64,000 nt of DNA from Catajapyx aquilonaris. Its lineage: Eukaryota. Within the stretch, counting starts at the first letter, position 1, and each line of letters opens with the position of its first letter. Positions 41,531 to 54,490 of this stretch are shown one piece after another. The translations under genes and the position numbers were made by a program. Where the stretch lies: positions 1-64,000 of the forward strand of contig KZ538449.1 of NCBI GenBank assembly GCA_000934665.2, written 5' to 3'. The notes beneath the pieces were generated by a model. That model saw only the letters and a list, made by a program, of their open reading frames with translations. It had not been told where the DNA came from and searched no databases.

Positions 41531-42386
41531 CTGCTGCACATGCCTGGGACATGCCATTGAGTTTAGAGAACTATATGATTTATTTTACCTGTTGGGGATA
41601 TGAACGAGCCCGGGATCAGTCTTCTGGTCCGCGTCGGGACGGGGGTTTGCTGTGGGCCACCCCGGCCACCCTACAGTATAGCGACGCCCTGCTTGAACTT
41701 CATTATTACACCATGCGCTCTAAAGTACACAAGATGTCAGCTCCTGGTAGCTCAGTGGTTAGAGCACCCGATTCGCAATATAGTGATGCAACATGGACTA
41801 AAGTACACAAGGTTTCATAATTTAGCTAATATCTGTATAGGTTGGAATGTCGTGGACACACTAGTCTAGTGTCAGTAAAACTGAATTAGAGTAGGGGAGG
41901 GGTGTTGAATTAAAATTTTGAACCTATCATCTGAATTCTCTTTACAAAATATGGTACACATGACCCTGAGCAAAATAAGTCATATTTAGTTGTAATTTAA
42001 AAATTCTAACCCACCCCTCCACAGTACATCCCGTCCAAAGTTGTAGACCTGCGCAACCCTTTTGCCATCAGTGTGGAGTTATCAGCATCGCATCAAGCAC
42101 GTCATCCAGAGTGGTGGTTGCATATGTATATCGGAGTGTAAATCGCTCCCTCAAGTTTCGTCATTAACACTTACCACAAATGAGAGATGTTCTAATGTGC
42201 AGCCAAGAAAAGTAAAAAAAAAATATTGAAAATTACAAGTTTCTTGTATGTATGCATGTATTGATTATTTATTATAATTTATAATTTATTATCTATACCT
42301 TGGTGTAGCGGCCAACACAACTAATGTTTTTTAAAGTCAATTTCATAATGGTGGCTCCTAGTTGGAGTTTTTTCTAACGACCTTAA

Positions 42387-42669
42387 CCCTGAAACTCTGA
42401 TGTGGGGTCTTTTAGGACCCCAAAGGAATTAAAATGCATTAAAATGATAATTACAATGAACTGTTTGCCATTTTTAAAAGTATATAACAGGAAGTGCATG
42501 TTTATTTTGAATTAGCGATCATTTAAGGCATTGTTTAAAGAATGATTGCTTATAGTCAATACATTTAAAAGTATTATATAAATATTAATTAAAATTAAAA
42601 TATGGATGGGGTCCTAAAAGACCCCATGTCACGGTTAACGTAACTTTCAGGCACGTTATGGTTCCAGGG
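42387..42669. mobile_element. piggyBac-like MITE, same family as 8584-8866
   Basis: TTAA-flanked CCCTG...CAGGG. Confidence 0.8.
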
Positions 42670-43211
42670 TTAAGGAGTGGCTCGAGGGTACGGATACTGG
42701 ATGAAAGGTTATTGTTTAAGTTTTGACCCAGAGGAAATATGTATTTGATGCAACATTAAGGCAAGCAACACGATATACCAGATGATTTATCAATGTTATT
42801 TTTTAAATTAAGCCAGACACAACCCTACGTGACTTCCCGAAGGTCCCGGTAGACATATTCCATATGGTATTTTTTCAAATCTCATCAATCAAATTGTTGT
42901 TTGTGTTAAATAAATTCTTTGGTCTAACAATAAATTTAAAATTTATGCTGTGATATAATATGGTAAAATTATACTATGTATTGAGACTGTCTTTCCCACA
43001 ATGCAGTTAGCACGCGTGGAAATATCTCTCTATCCATCTAGTAACAAAACTATGATGTGAAATCAATTAGCCATTAGTCATACAGAAAGACATGGAATGA
43101 GCTTTATTTCCCGAGAGGTTGTACAGATTTACTGTATGCATGCAGTACACTGAGAGGTAAATGTAGCTGACACTTGAAATGCAAGATGGTACTTTTTTGT
43201 TTGATAAAGTC

Positions 43212-46200
43212 TTAAATAATTAAGACCTGGCCATTAAAACATGAACTTCCTTGCAAGATGACACAACACACTAGTTCAGCAACCTTTTTCTCCTCTCCAG
43301 AGGTGACATAGTGAATGAGAGCAACAACTTTTTTCAAATGTTCATATTGCTTCGTCAGTTGAATGCCATACTGATGCATGTCAAAGGCAGACATGGTGTA
43401 GATAGCACTGTCACCATTCCCTGCAGTATGATCAACAATGTGCACTACAGTCCCTGGGGTGGTCACATCCAAAGCAGTGGTCAGCTCAAGGCTGCCATTT
43501 GTTAGGGATAGTCCATCGGTGTGAAACACTACTGCATTGTTGAAGGGAACTGTTGGTGGAGATACATCATATGAACATAGTGATGTCTCAAGCCGTCCCA
43601 CACGAGCATCGAGCTTCTGTTGTACTTCAGTCACAAGGAGATTCTCATCCGGAGCAATGATACATACACTATTGAGTGTCTCTGAAAGGAACTTGCATTG
43701 TTTAAGGTTCCAGTTGGATAGCCTTGCTGGATATGTACTCAGGATGGCTGACCTTTCAGATAGCCTTCGATTGCATATATGTCCTTTTTGAATGTCACTT
43801 TCCACAAGTCAGGGGGTCCTTCCAATAATTTTGCCTTAACTCCCGCATATACATCTACCAGGTGAAGACATTCAGTTCCATAATCCAAGTCATATTCATG
43901 GCACTGAAAAAAAAATTGTTGGTGTGTTGGTACAAATTCCATGCTGGTGGTTTACAACATAGTTATAGGTCTGGTATAAGCTCACCTTGTCATATGCTGT
44001 GACTAGTAGTTCATATTGAAATGCCTGTGGCATTTCACTAGCTCTATGTTTGGATCGTTCAAATGCAGTATCCAAGTATCCTTCGTAAGTAGTTGACACA
44101 ATGGTAGATGTCAGGGGTCGTATAGCACCTGCAGCTCCACACTGGTATGCAGTCAGTGCCAATTGTGTGACAAAATCCATAGGAAGGATAGGACGAACGG
44201 CATCATGGACCACCACTACATCTGGACGTTCCTCTGTAGAATAAATGGTATTGTCATGAAAGAATAGCTCTCCATTATTTTTATAAACAGCTTACAGATG
44301 CAATAATAAATTATTAGAAATTAGAATAAAAGAAGAAAAAGAGCTGGGAAAGAATCAGAATGCAGCAGTGTACTTATGCACAATGCACCTCCCAATTACT
44401 AGTACGGCGCCCTTAAAGTGTAGAGGGCCGGATGGTGGAATATGAGGCAAAAATGACAAAGTGCATGCATGTTGTATCAGGATTCTTACTCTGACGGGAT
44501 TGGATCACTTTTTGCACATGGACGATGTGTTAGGGGACCAAGACAAGGGACCAGAAGCCCCCAAACTGACTTTTGCTTCTTTATAGCTGGCGGAACGGAT
44601 GTGACGTCATGAAACTTTGATGGCGCCGCACGCATTAACTACACAACGGAGCCCAAAACTAATTGCACATCCCTATATTAGTTTTATGAGTACTATCAGT
44701 CTACCTGGCTATTGTCCGCGAGTTTCCCTTCACCCTGTATATTGATGCAGAATATACCCAATGACAAAAGAGAAAAATCTGCACTTTGCAGCAGAAAAAG
44801 GCTGGTTAATTTTTCATGTGAATGCATATTTGGGGAAGTAAGACTCCCTTAATCTACCATGTCAACCAAGTCAGCCCCTTGTCACTTGTATACCTTATAC
44901 ATTGCTCCCCCCGTGAGCTTAGCTGATCTCCCCACCGAGGGAGGTTGGCCACGGGCGGCACTCGAGTCATGCACCAAGGTGGTAGCACCTTACCTTGTGG
45001 CCAATTCTGAACTATTTCGCAGGGGGTGTTGATGCCTTTATGTCTGGTTCAGGATTGTCCGCTAGGTAAGGTGCTACCACCTTAGTGCATGATTCTAGCG
45101 CCACTCATGGCCAACCCCCCTCGGTGGGGGAGATCAGGTAAGCTCACGCAAAAAGAGGGAGTGTGACCGGGGGCTGAACCAAGTTCTGATCTGTATCTGT
45201 AGAAATTTTAGCTCATGATTATTGTTGGCTGTCCGTTTGCAAGGTACCTTCACATCGCTTAGAACTGTAGGGCAGATAGTTATGTTTTTACATATTTTTT
45301 TCCTCTGTATGCATGAGGGCATGATTTGTATGAAAATCCGAATTATGACATCTCGAGTCCAAAAAAGTGGGTCTTATTTTGAATATAAAAGAATATTTCG
45401 AGCTTAACTGCATATTTTGGCTTTAGCGATATATTTGGAAAATTTCCTGCTTTTTCCTTCATTAATCTTGTTATCTACGTATATCTATATAAATTAAGTC
45501 AGGCCCTGCAAAAATAAATCCTCGCTGGAACATCGTAAACGATGTAGCTGAGATCCTGTGTGGGCACTCTGCAACTGCGGTGCCTAAGAAATACACTCCC
45601 CAGCACATCTCATGATAAAGTTTGCACCAATAACCACATGTGATGCGGAGCAGTCATTTTCCAAGGCCACTCTCAGTGAGAGAAGGCAGCAATTGACTGC
45701 ATCAAATTTGGAACAAATAATATTGTCTCTCATTGCCACTTCAATGAAAATAGTGAAATTGAAGACGATTGATGAAGTGGTGATTAAGCTGTGATGTTAC
45801 TACTGTAAGAAATAAACCTCTTGTGTGAGATAAAGTCTCAAGTCCATGGCATATAATTTGCATGTATTTATTTTTCAGGGTAATGCAAGAATAAATCGCA
45901 AATTGAATGCAGGTTTGAGAGAATATTTCACTATTTTTTGGGGAATATTTGCATGCATATTGTGACCTTTTTAAGAGTATAACTATCCACTCTCTACGTA
46001 AAACAGAGTACCAACTCCACATGGGAGCATCTGAAATATCCACCAATACAAATCAATTCTAAAAAAATTTCCACAGATGTTGTGTAGAAAAGTCTCATTT
46101 TAGGTTAGTTTCTTTTCCTAAACAGGTAGGACCTAGAATTGAAAAAGGTAGCTTGAACTGTGAACAATTGCAACTACTGGAAGAACAGTGCGATATCCCA

Positions 46201-49200
46201 TCAACTGGGACATTACCATGATCCACCAGTAGTGTCATACTTACAAAAAATTTAACATGCAGTAGTAGATCATACTATCAACCGTATCAGCTGCAGGTTA
46301 GTCATAAACATCCGTAGGGTTTCCCTGCAGATTCATTAACATCGATAGGGTTTTTTCATCTATACCTATTCAGGTTCCAATGATAACATAATACACTGAA
46401 TATCAATGCACTTCGATCCTAAGCCAGATAAACTGAAAAGCAGCCTTAACCTGGAATGAAACTACTGGGTGTCTCGTAATGATATCAACAAAGCTATATG
46501 GTTGCATTCCTGTGAGCCAGGGGAGACCTTGATATACTGGTATCATTAGGCCTGCTCTACCTCATTTCTGATACATAAGGCTCTTTGTCATGCAGTATAG
46601 CATATGCTAGACAATTTGCACCCAACCACACATAAAATGCTTCTACAGGGTGGCCGAAAAGTCCCGCATTAATGGGAGGTCTGTGATTTGCTTCGCAATG
46701 GTGTTTTGTCTTTCCACAGGTGAACCATATTGATCTCTGATGAGAGTTTGGAACACATTCTCCTCTGTAGACACGAAGGATACACCCACACAGATGTCCT
46801 GGCGAAATTTAATTGAAGGCAGAGTCTGGAGAATGAGGCCATAGTGCAAAGCACCATGAGCAGATTCAGGACCACAGTGGGTGTAGCTTTTGCATCCGCA
46901 GAGGAGAATGAGTTCCACACACTCGCCACTGGTCAACACGGTTCACACGCAGAAAGACAAAACACCATTACAAGGCAAATCACAGGCCTCCCCATTCATG
47001 CGTGACTTTTCAGGCACCTTGTATAAACCATGCATCTTCTGGCAGCTTGCCATAGGTCCACATACAACGTCAGGATTGTGGCCAATTTTCAGCAGGCCTA
47101 TGGTGTACATTGAATGAAGCATTTCACTGAGTTTGAGCTGATTGCTGCATGCATTCTTCCATAGGATGCTGAAGGTCATTTACTCGGCCAATATCTCACA
47201 CACACTAGCCACTTGCAGACAGTTTAGACACACTTCACATACATGTATGTGACAAGAGTGCAAACCTTCCAGGACTATTATGTTGCACTACCTCTTAACC
47301 CAGATATGCTGAGTGTCCCCTATAGGGGACACCTGCACAGTTCTCGTTTTTAAATTTATTGTCTAGGCTCTTCTTCTGCTCTTGAGTTGGTAGTAGTCCA
47401 AAGTGCTTCAGTAGACTCTAGCCAATGCATTATGGATCAAACTGGCTCAGTGTTACTTCAGCTTTTGAAGGGACAGCATCTTGAAAATTGTACTGAAAAA
47501 AAATGGCTGCGCCTTTGCATCCCAAAGGTAATTCTCGTACATTGATTAGTGTTATAAGTAATTATTGTTTGTAATACTTATAAAACATGAAAGAAGACGT
47601 AGGTGTTAAATATAAGCATTTTTTTTACTTCCCTTGTCTGAGGGTGGCGTTGAATAACCGAGTGTCCCCTATGAGGGACACTCGGCAAATGCACCACATG
47701 TGGACCGGCAAGTCAAGTACCGGCACTGTAGGGTACTGTATGTGTGCGGATTTTGTGCGTTTTGTTGAACTGAATTTTTATGAATCCCTATTTTTAAAAC
47801 GAGGGTTACCCGGCAACTTGGTTACCATGGCAACCATGGCAGCTATGGTAACCCATTGCCATGTACAATCAAACATACATGCATACAAACTTTCTCTTTT
47901 GGATACAGTGTATTGCAGAATAGCACGGTGCCCTAAAAAAATCATAATTGACAAGTTTCCGCTGAAAATTACAATTTTCCTAGTCATCAGCAGCAAACGG
48001 AAAAGAGTGGAAGTGAACGCTGCAACACTGCAAAGCATTGTGGGCATAGGTGGCAGAGAGTGGGGGAGAAAAAAATAATGGTGCTGTTTTTGAGGATCGC
48101 GCGCAAACCATTTAACGATGTCGGATATACAGGGTGGTCCAACTTCAAGTGTCGTTTTATAACGGCGATTAATAGCAGTGATTTTGCGATGACGTAGCAG
48201 CGATGTGTAAAATGTCCCACTTCGGCGCCATCGAAAATATTAGCTGCCAATAGCAGCACACATGTAATCAACCCTGCTGCTGGGTTGACCTGGTAAAAAG
48301 GAGGTGCACACATGACCTGCGATGCGCCTGGGTGAAATGGGTGACATCCAAGGCACCAGATGGACCTGTAATGCAAGGGGGAAGCCTGCTAATATTTTCG
48401 ATGGCGACGAAGTGGGCAATTTCACACGTTGCTGCTACGTCAATCGTAAAGCGCTTCTATTAATAGCCGTTATAAAACGACAGTTGAAGTTGGTCCACCC
48501 TGTATATAGTACGGTATATCAACCGTTTCCGCTACATTCGACACGGTAGTTATGTCCTATGCATACGCCCGTTCCCGGAAAAATTCCGCAATGGACAAGT
48601 TTTTGTAACACTCAGGGTACGTTATGGACAGGTTTCACTACATATTTATCTACAGTGAATCCTGTCCATAACGGACCCTGAACATGACAGAAACTTGCCT
48701 ATTGCGGAATTTTTCTGGTAACTGGCGTATGGAAAGTACATGATTTCCGCGTCGAATATAGCGGAAATTGTGTTATTTTCATACGCCAGTTACCAGAAAA
48801 ATTCCGCAATAGGCAAGTTTCCATTATACACAGGGTCCTTTATGGACAGGATTCACTGTATATTTATATACAGCGAAACCTGTACATATCTGAATAGCAT
48901 GTGACTCTTAAATTCCGCAATGAACAAGTTTCCGTTATACCCTCCTGACTGAGACCCGAGAAGCCATTTGTGCAATTGTTTAGTAATACTTTGAAAGAAC
49001 CCTCTGTAGTGAGGTGTAGAAGCCATTTTTCAGAATTTCATATTTTTGTTGCAATCACTTATTGCAAAATTAGGTGTCCAATATTCAGGGTGTTTCAACT
49101 TTTTTGTCCGAACAGTTATCGGAAAATTGCACATAGCTGCTACTTTGTAAGCGGTGACTTGCAAACGGTGATTTTTCGGAGGAACAGGGAATATTCCCTG

Positions 49201-50480
49201 TGAATCATAGGTTGAAGTGGCAGACGTGCTGCCCCCTGAAAATTGAGGGTCAAGCCTGGAAAAAAGAGGGTCACACATGCCATGGGATGTGTGACCCTCT
49301 TTTTCCCATTCCCCATTCCTCCGACAAATCACCGGTTGTAAGTCACTGCTTACAAAGGAGCAGCTACTTGCAATTTTCCGATAACTGTTCGGACAAAAAA
49401 GTTGAAACACCCTGTATAGGACATTGGGTCTTAGCTAAACATTCCTTCTCTATATTTTTCAATAAATTTAAAAAAAAATTATATCTTTATTTCAATACAG
49501 CAGGCTATATCTTACGTTTTCCTGGTAGAGTATAGCCATACTAGAGGTTACATTTGCCAAGTGTCCCCTATCGGGGACATCCCTTTTCTTACAATCTAGC
49601 ATCCCATAAATTTTTTTATCATTTTTGTTGTGTTTTGGGGACTATTATGAACTACTAAAAATAAACAAAAAACAAAATTTTAACAAGAAATCTTGCAGGC
49701 ATATCTGGGTTAAAGGCAATTATGATACCTGATCTCAGTAACAAGGGGTAGTACAGAGCAAGTTGTACCTCTATGCAAAATAATCCTCTGGTTTACAGGA
49801 ATAAAACCTTGTAGGCTTTCTGGTATCACTACAAACACCCTGTAGCTTGCACCTCCTGTTTCATGTCATGTAAATAATAAAATGGATTAGTGACTTAGTA
49901 CCTGAATTCTGAAGTATTGCAATCCCTGCTTTGATTGATCTGTGACGAGACGTGCCTCCAGCAACTGCTTTTGTCTTTCGATATTGATACTCTTGAATTA
50001 TTGATTCCATCTTGACGATGTTGTCTGTTGCAACTACAACTTGCTTCACCCATGGCAATTGTTCAAATGCTTCAATGGAATAACAAACCAATGGCTTACC
50101 CTGTGGAAACAAAAACAGTGATGGTGATAAGTAACATGTATATTTGTCACTCTTGCCAAGCTGCTTGACAACAGCTCATGATTAGAATAAATAAGTTTTT
50201 ACATGATATGGCACCTAGTTAAAAACACTGTGTCCCACCAATCTGTCTTGAAATTGATCATATGTAGGGTACAGAAATTTGTGCCAAAAGATTGCTAACC
50301 CCTAAGGTCATTTCAGTTGGGACACCCTGCATTGTGCTGTTGTACTATCACTGTCATTGAGCTGGCTTACTGGTCAAGTACCTGTACAAGATGATATTGC
50401 TTGGGTAGTATATCTCCCACTCTCTCTCCTGTACCAGCTGCTGGAAGGATCACACTCACACGGAAATTGATAGTTGCCAT
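43212..50480 (-). CDS. CRPPA: D-ribitol-5-phosphate cytidylyltransferase (CRPPA/ISPD)
   Basis: Exons 50382-50480 ([29 protein letters not shown]), 49902-50100 ([12 protein letters not shown]), 43986-44233 ([19 protein letters not shown]), 43753-43903 ([20 protein letters not shown]) and 43212-43681 (C-terminal domain, stop). Carries IspD-family motifs plus the metazoan C-terminal extension. Confidence 0.93.
44872..45176. mobile_element. Hairpin element with 8-bp TSD (family copy F)
   Basis: Perfect TSD AACCAAGT at 44864-44871 and 45177-45184. Ends CAGCCCCTTGTCAC...GTGACCGGGGGCTG with ~85-bp inverted arms. Confidence 0.75.
45316..45995 (+). mobile_element. Decayed hAT-related DNA transposon remnant
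   Basis: Peptide [30 protein letters not shown] resembles the hAT dimerisation ERSFS motif. Ends are approximate. Confidence 0.5.
46646..47021. mobile_element. Tc1/mariner MITE
   Basis: TA|CAGGGTGGCCGAAAAGTC...GACTTTTCAGGCACCTTG|TA. Confidence 0.75.
47299..49709. mobile_element. piggyBac-like non-autonomous element with nested MITEs
   Basis: TTAA|CCCAGATATGC...GCATATCTGGG|TTAA with internal GTGTCCCCTATAGGGGACAC hairpins. Nested Tc1-like MITEs at 48130-48502 and 49086-49414. Confidence 0.8.
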
Positions 50481-50833
50481 GTTATAAGGCGTATCTGAAA
50501 AAAATTACCCATTTAAAAAGGTACAATCAGAAAACACAGGTAATCCGAAAATGGTCTTAGATACCATAAAAATGACCTATTCAGAAGTTTTAAATGAACT
50601 ATTGCACATCCTGTATGATGTTTTACATAAGGTTCAATCAAAATAATAAAATTTACCATAGATTTTTAATTCGTCCTCTGGAAAAAGTCTGCTATATTTC
50701 TTTATTTGCGAGACGTACTGACATTCTTTTGCACTCTTCTTTCTAACCTTTTTTGGACAATGCACAGATAATCAGCACCTGGATAATCAGGAGTAGTGTA
50801 TTGGCAATAGGCCCGAACCTATCAGTGCCATAT

Positions 50834-51728
50834 CCTCCTGAGACCCGAGAAGAATTGAGTAACGCAATATCAGTTCCTATTGCATTTTCTGAACATTTTC
50901 CCAATAAGAAACGAGAAAAAAAATTTAGTTTTAAAATATCGACAAAAATGGCGACAAACAACCAATGAGAACATTAGAACCCAATTGGTGCTACAAAAGC
51001 AGAACGGATTAAAGCTGAAAATTGAAATACCACTTAATGGATCACTCACATAGTGCTCTATCCTCCAAACAATGTTTTTAAAATTTATTTGTGGTATTCG
51101 TGGTAGCAATTCCTCTCAGAAGACAATTAAAGATAAATGAAATCATTTTTTAACGCCACCACTCCAGGGATGGGGCTTGCTCCTTCCCTTCTTACCCGCT
51201 AAAGTGGTACCTTCCTATTCTAGATTTCAAAACTGAACTGCACAGTGCAAAGCCCACTTCCTTATGGGTGTATAGGTACAGGCACGTAAAGAAAAGTCAC
51301 ACCCATTCAGCTAAAAATGCCATTTTTCGGATGTCCATTTAAATGGGCATTTGGTCTCAGGAAGAAAAGAAAATAATCAGTTCTCTACAGCAACAAAGAT
51401 TGTCACAGAATCATCTTTTCGCAGTTCCTAAGACACATTCCTTGTGAATCCCAGGACATTCACTGCATTGCGAAAATCGCATTCTAAATATGAGTAAAAA
51501 AATAAAACCGATCAGATGAGCGCCTAGCTTCAGCAGCGGAATCCGCCATTTTGTCCGCGATTTAATTTTCGCGGCCCAAGCCAGATATTCGACGCTAGGT
51601 GGCTACAGCTATTGAGGCCAGATTGTAACCATGGGATACCAGCCTATTACAGTTCTGTTGGCATCACTGGTTGGCGCCAAAAAATCTTTTGCTGATGTCC
51701 ATTTAAATGGACATTTGGTCTCAGGAGG
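50834..51728. mobile_element. TIR element CCTCCTGAGACC with ATAT target duplication
   Basis: ATAT|CCTCCTGAGACC...GGTCTCAGGAGG|ATAT. Partial copies at 1-383 and ~48941. Confidence 0.75.
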
Positions 51729-52755
51729 ATATGAGTCCACGACTACCGTTCTCAAACAGAATCCCAAATGGTCCGTATATAAATTAGTTATTTCAGTTTT
51801 CTTCTTTTCATTTGATCCACAGTTGTGTGTCGTCAGGCCAACAGTACTGCTGTCCCAAGGAAAAATCCCTATCTGCAAAATCAGTAAGGAGGATGGGTCC
51901 AGAGCCTGAGTGAGACTTTCGTACTTACTAGTTTTGAAGGTAGGACTTTTTGCCTTGGGTCCGCATAGTGTACCCACTAACGCAAAAAAAGCAAAAAATA
52001 GAGTGGGGAGAAATGTCAAGGGACCAATGAGTAATGTGAGGTAGAAAACCAGATACACTGGCCTGCCTCTAGACACATACAGCAAAACAAACTACATCTT
52101 TTGGTAGGGAGATCACCTGCCAGATCCTCCTCACCTTACAGTGGTTGCCTAGGGAGCAGGAAATGGGCATTATATTAATCATTAGGCTGCTATGGGATTT
52201 TGCAAAGTTTTTATCGTGTTCATATCCTGCTCCCTAGGCAAAGACTGTAGTTGAGTCCATCTGCCAGGAAACGTAAATCTCCCCCACATGTGTCTAGGGG
52301 TGGTCCAATGTGTCTGGTCATCTACATCATTACTGGTTGGTCATTGGACATCCCCCCCCCCCCCCCNCACTCACACACACACACTTTTTTTACTAGTTTT
52401 GGGCCAATGAGTATGCTGCTGGCCAGATGACAAACGTTAAAAGGAATACTGACTACTCGTATACAAGGTATCTCAAAGTACCGTGTTGCATAGTGTTATA
52501 TTTAAATTTAATATTGAGAGTTTGTCGTCTGAGATGGGCAGGGGTGGGGGGCGGGACGGGTTGTTTATAGGTTATTTTTTACAAGTTTTAATTTAGTTCA
52601 TATTTTGGGTTAGCTTGTGGCTCTCGTCATCGCTGACTACCCCTTATAGGGAAATGTCGTGGTGATGATGATGATGTATACAAGGTCCATGCAGATGAAA
52701 GCAAGTCAGTTCACCATATGTGGACATGGATGAATAAGTCAAGGAACAAAGGATA

Positions 52756-52969
52756 CAGGGTGTTCCAAGTATTTGGATCACTTCTTGATAACTGATATCA
52801 CCCGCAGTTATTTTTTTGTAGCCTTTGCCCCTAACCATGTTCCCCATTCTATAACTACCATACTATACTATAGAATGGGGCACATGGTTAGGGGCACAAC
52901 AAGCTACAAAAAATAACTGCTATCAGGTGATATCAGTTATCAAGTGACCCAAATACTTGGAACACCCTG
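52756..52969. mobile_element. Tc1-like hairpin MITE
   Basis: TA|CAGGGTGTTCCAAGTATTTGG...CCAAATACTTGGAACACCCTG|TA. Confidence 0.85.
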
Positions 52970-53742
52970 TATTCTGAAAATCAGGGCAAGTCTCATCTAC
53001 CAGCAAACCAAGAAGCCAAGAATGAGGCCCCCTCCCCCTCCCAAATGACACAAATGTTCAGTGAATGTCCGATAAACATCACTGCCATTGGCTTCTAAAT
53101 TTTCACTGAATGTCCCTGTACATTCACCAAATATCGGTGTTGCTGTGGCTAGTAAGTACAAATTTCATTTTACATGTGGCCAACTCTTGACCACTGTGGT
53201 AGTGAACATAATGTTTACTAGTTCATAAACAAAAAATTGCACTCACTTCCTTGAAATCAAATACAGCATGAACAGGCCTTTGCAGGCAAGGTGGTCACTC
53301 AAAAATATATGATGTAAAAGTAACAGCCAAATTGGCAGGGTGAGGTAATTAAATACCCACCCCCATTGTATATCACAAAATCTGTGATGCTTGCATGAAT
53401 CTTTCAGCACCTTTTGTTTTGATGTGAAGGGCCACTTCAATCTCTCCCTGTGATTTTTTCTGCATTACTTCTTCCTCAATGTGAACACAGGTTCAGCTAA
53501 TGTTGATGTACATCTTTGTCTGCAATACATTTTTTAATGCACTTATTAGTATACATTCTTTAAAGACAAAAAATGGATGACAAGTTTTTGCCAAAATTAC
53601 CTTCATGAGAGCAAAAGGTTTTATGGTCACATGAGCCGTAACAATATTGATCAGTGATCTAATTCTCATGTTAATACTTCTTGAAAATATGTGAGGCAAC
53701 TAGGCAATAACTCATGTATCTCTCTACATTTATCAGGCTTTA

Positions 53743-54172
53743 GGCTGGGTTCACACTAGGCGTTTTTGTCGCGCGACAAAAACGCCGCGACAAGTCGCTC
53801 AAAACAGAACACATGCAAACTTATGGGGCATGACACACCACGACTTCTTTCCTGCTTGGTCGTCGCAAAACGCAGCATGCTGCGTTTTTGCTGCCGCTAC
53901 AAAAACGCCGCGACAAAGTCGCTGAACACTGAACACATGGTAATCAGTTGGGGCAGACACACCTGGCGACAAAGTCGCGTGAAAAGTGTTTAATTTTGAC
54001 TATTGTGGAACGGTAGTTGCTAAGGATCAGGTTGGCAACGCTGCTCGGGTTGCATCAGTAGGGGAAGCAAAACGCGCGACAAAAACGCCTAGTGTGAACC
54101 TCGTGAGGCGTCAGCGACGAAAACGCGGCAACAAAGTCGCAGGCGACAAAAACGCCTAGTGTGAACCCAGCC
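53743..54172. mobile_element. PIF/Harbinger-type MITE
   Basis: TTA|GGCTGGGTTCACACTAGGCG...CGCCTAGTGTGAACCCAGCC|TTA. Confidence 0.85.
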
Positions 54173-54344
54173 TTACACATATGCAGTATTGTTGATACAA
54201 TGTCCTTCCCCAGTTCCAAAATTTTGTCAGGGAAAAATAATGACAGTACCATAGCGATAATAGCTGTCAAGTTGAAACCATGTTGGACCCAGCTTGTTTG
54301 ACATTCTCCCATTGAAATTTTTGCTTGACTGGGGAAAGATGTAA

Positions 54345-54490
54345 GTATCAACGGTTCAAAAAGAATTGTTCCTCGCGTCGAGCAGGCAGCCACGTGTCAG
54401 GATGAAAGCAACCAGTTAACTGGTTCCTTTCATCCTGACGCGTGGCTGCCCGCTCGACGCGAGGGACAATTCTTTTTGGACTGATGATAC
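54345..54490. repeat. Loopless ~140-bp palindrome
   Basis: Centred on CCAGTTAACTGG with few mismatches. Confidence 0.85.

Noticed and set aside
40483..41869. Several 70-160 aa ORFs
   Set aside because: GC-rich promoter or decayed transposon DNA with no coherent coding signal.
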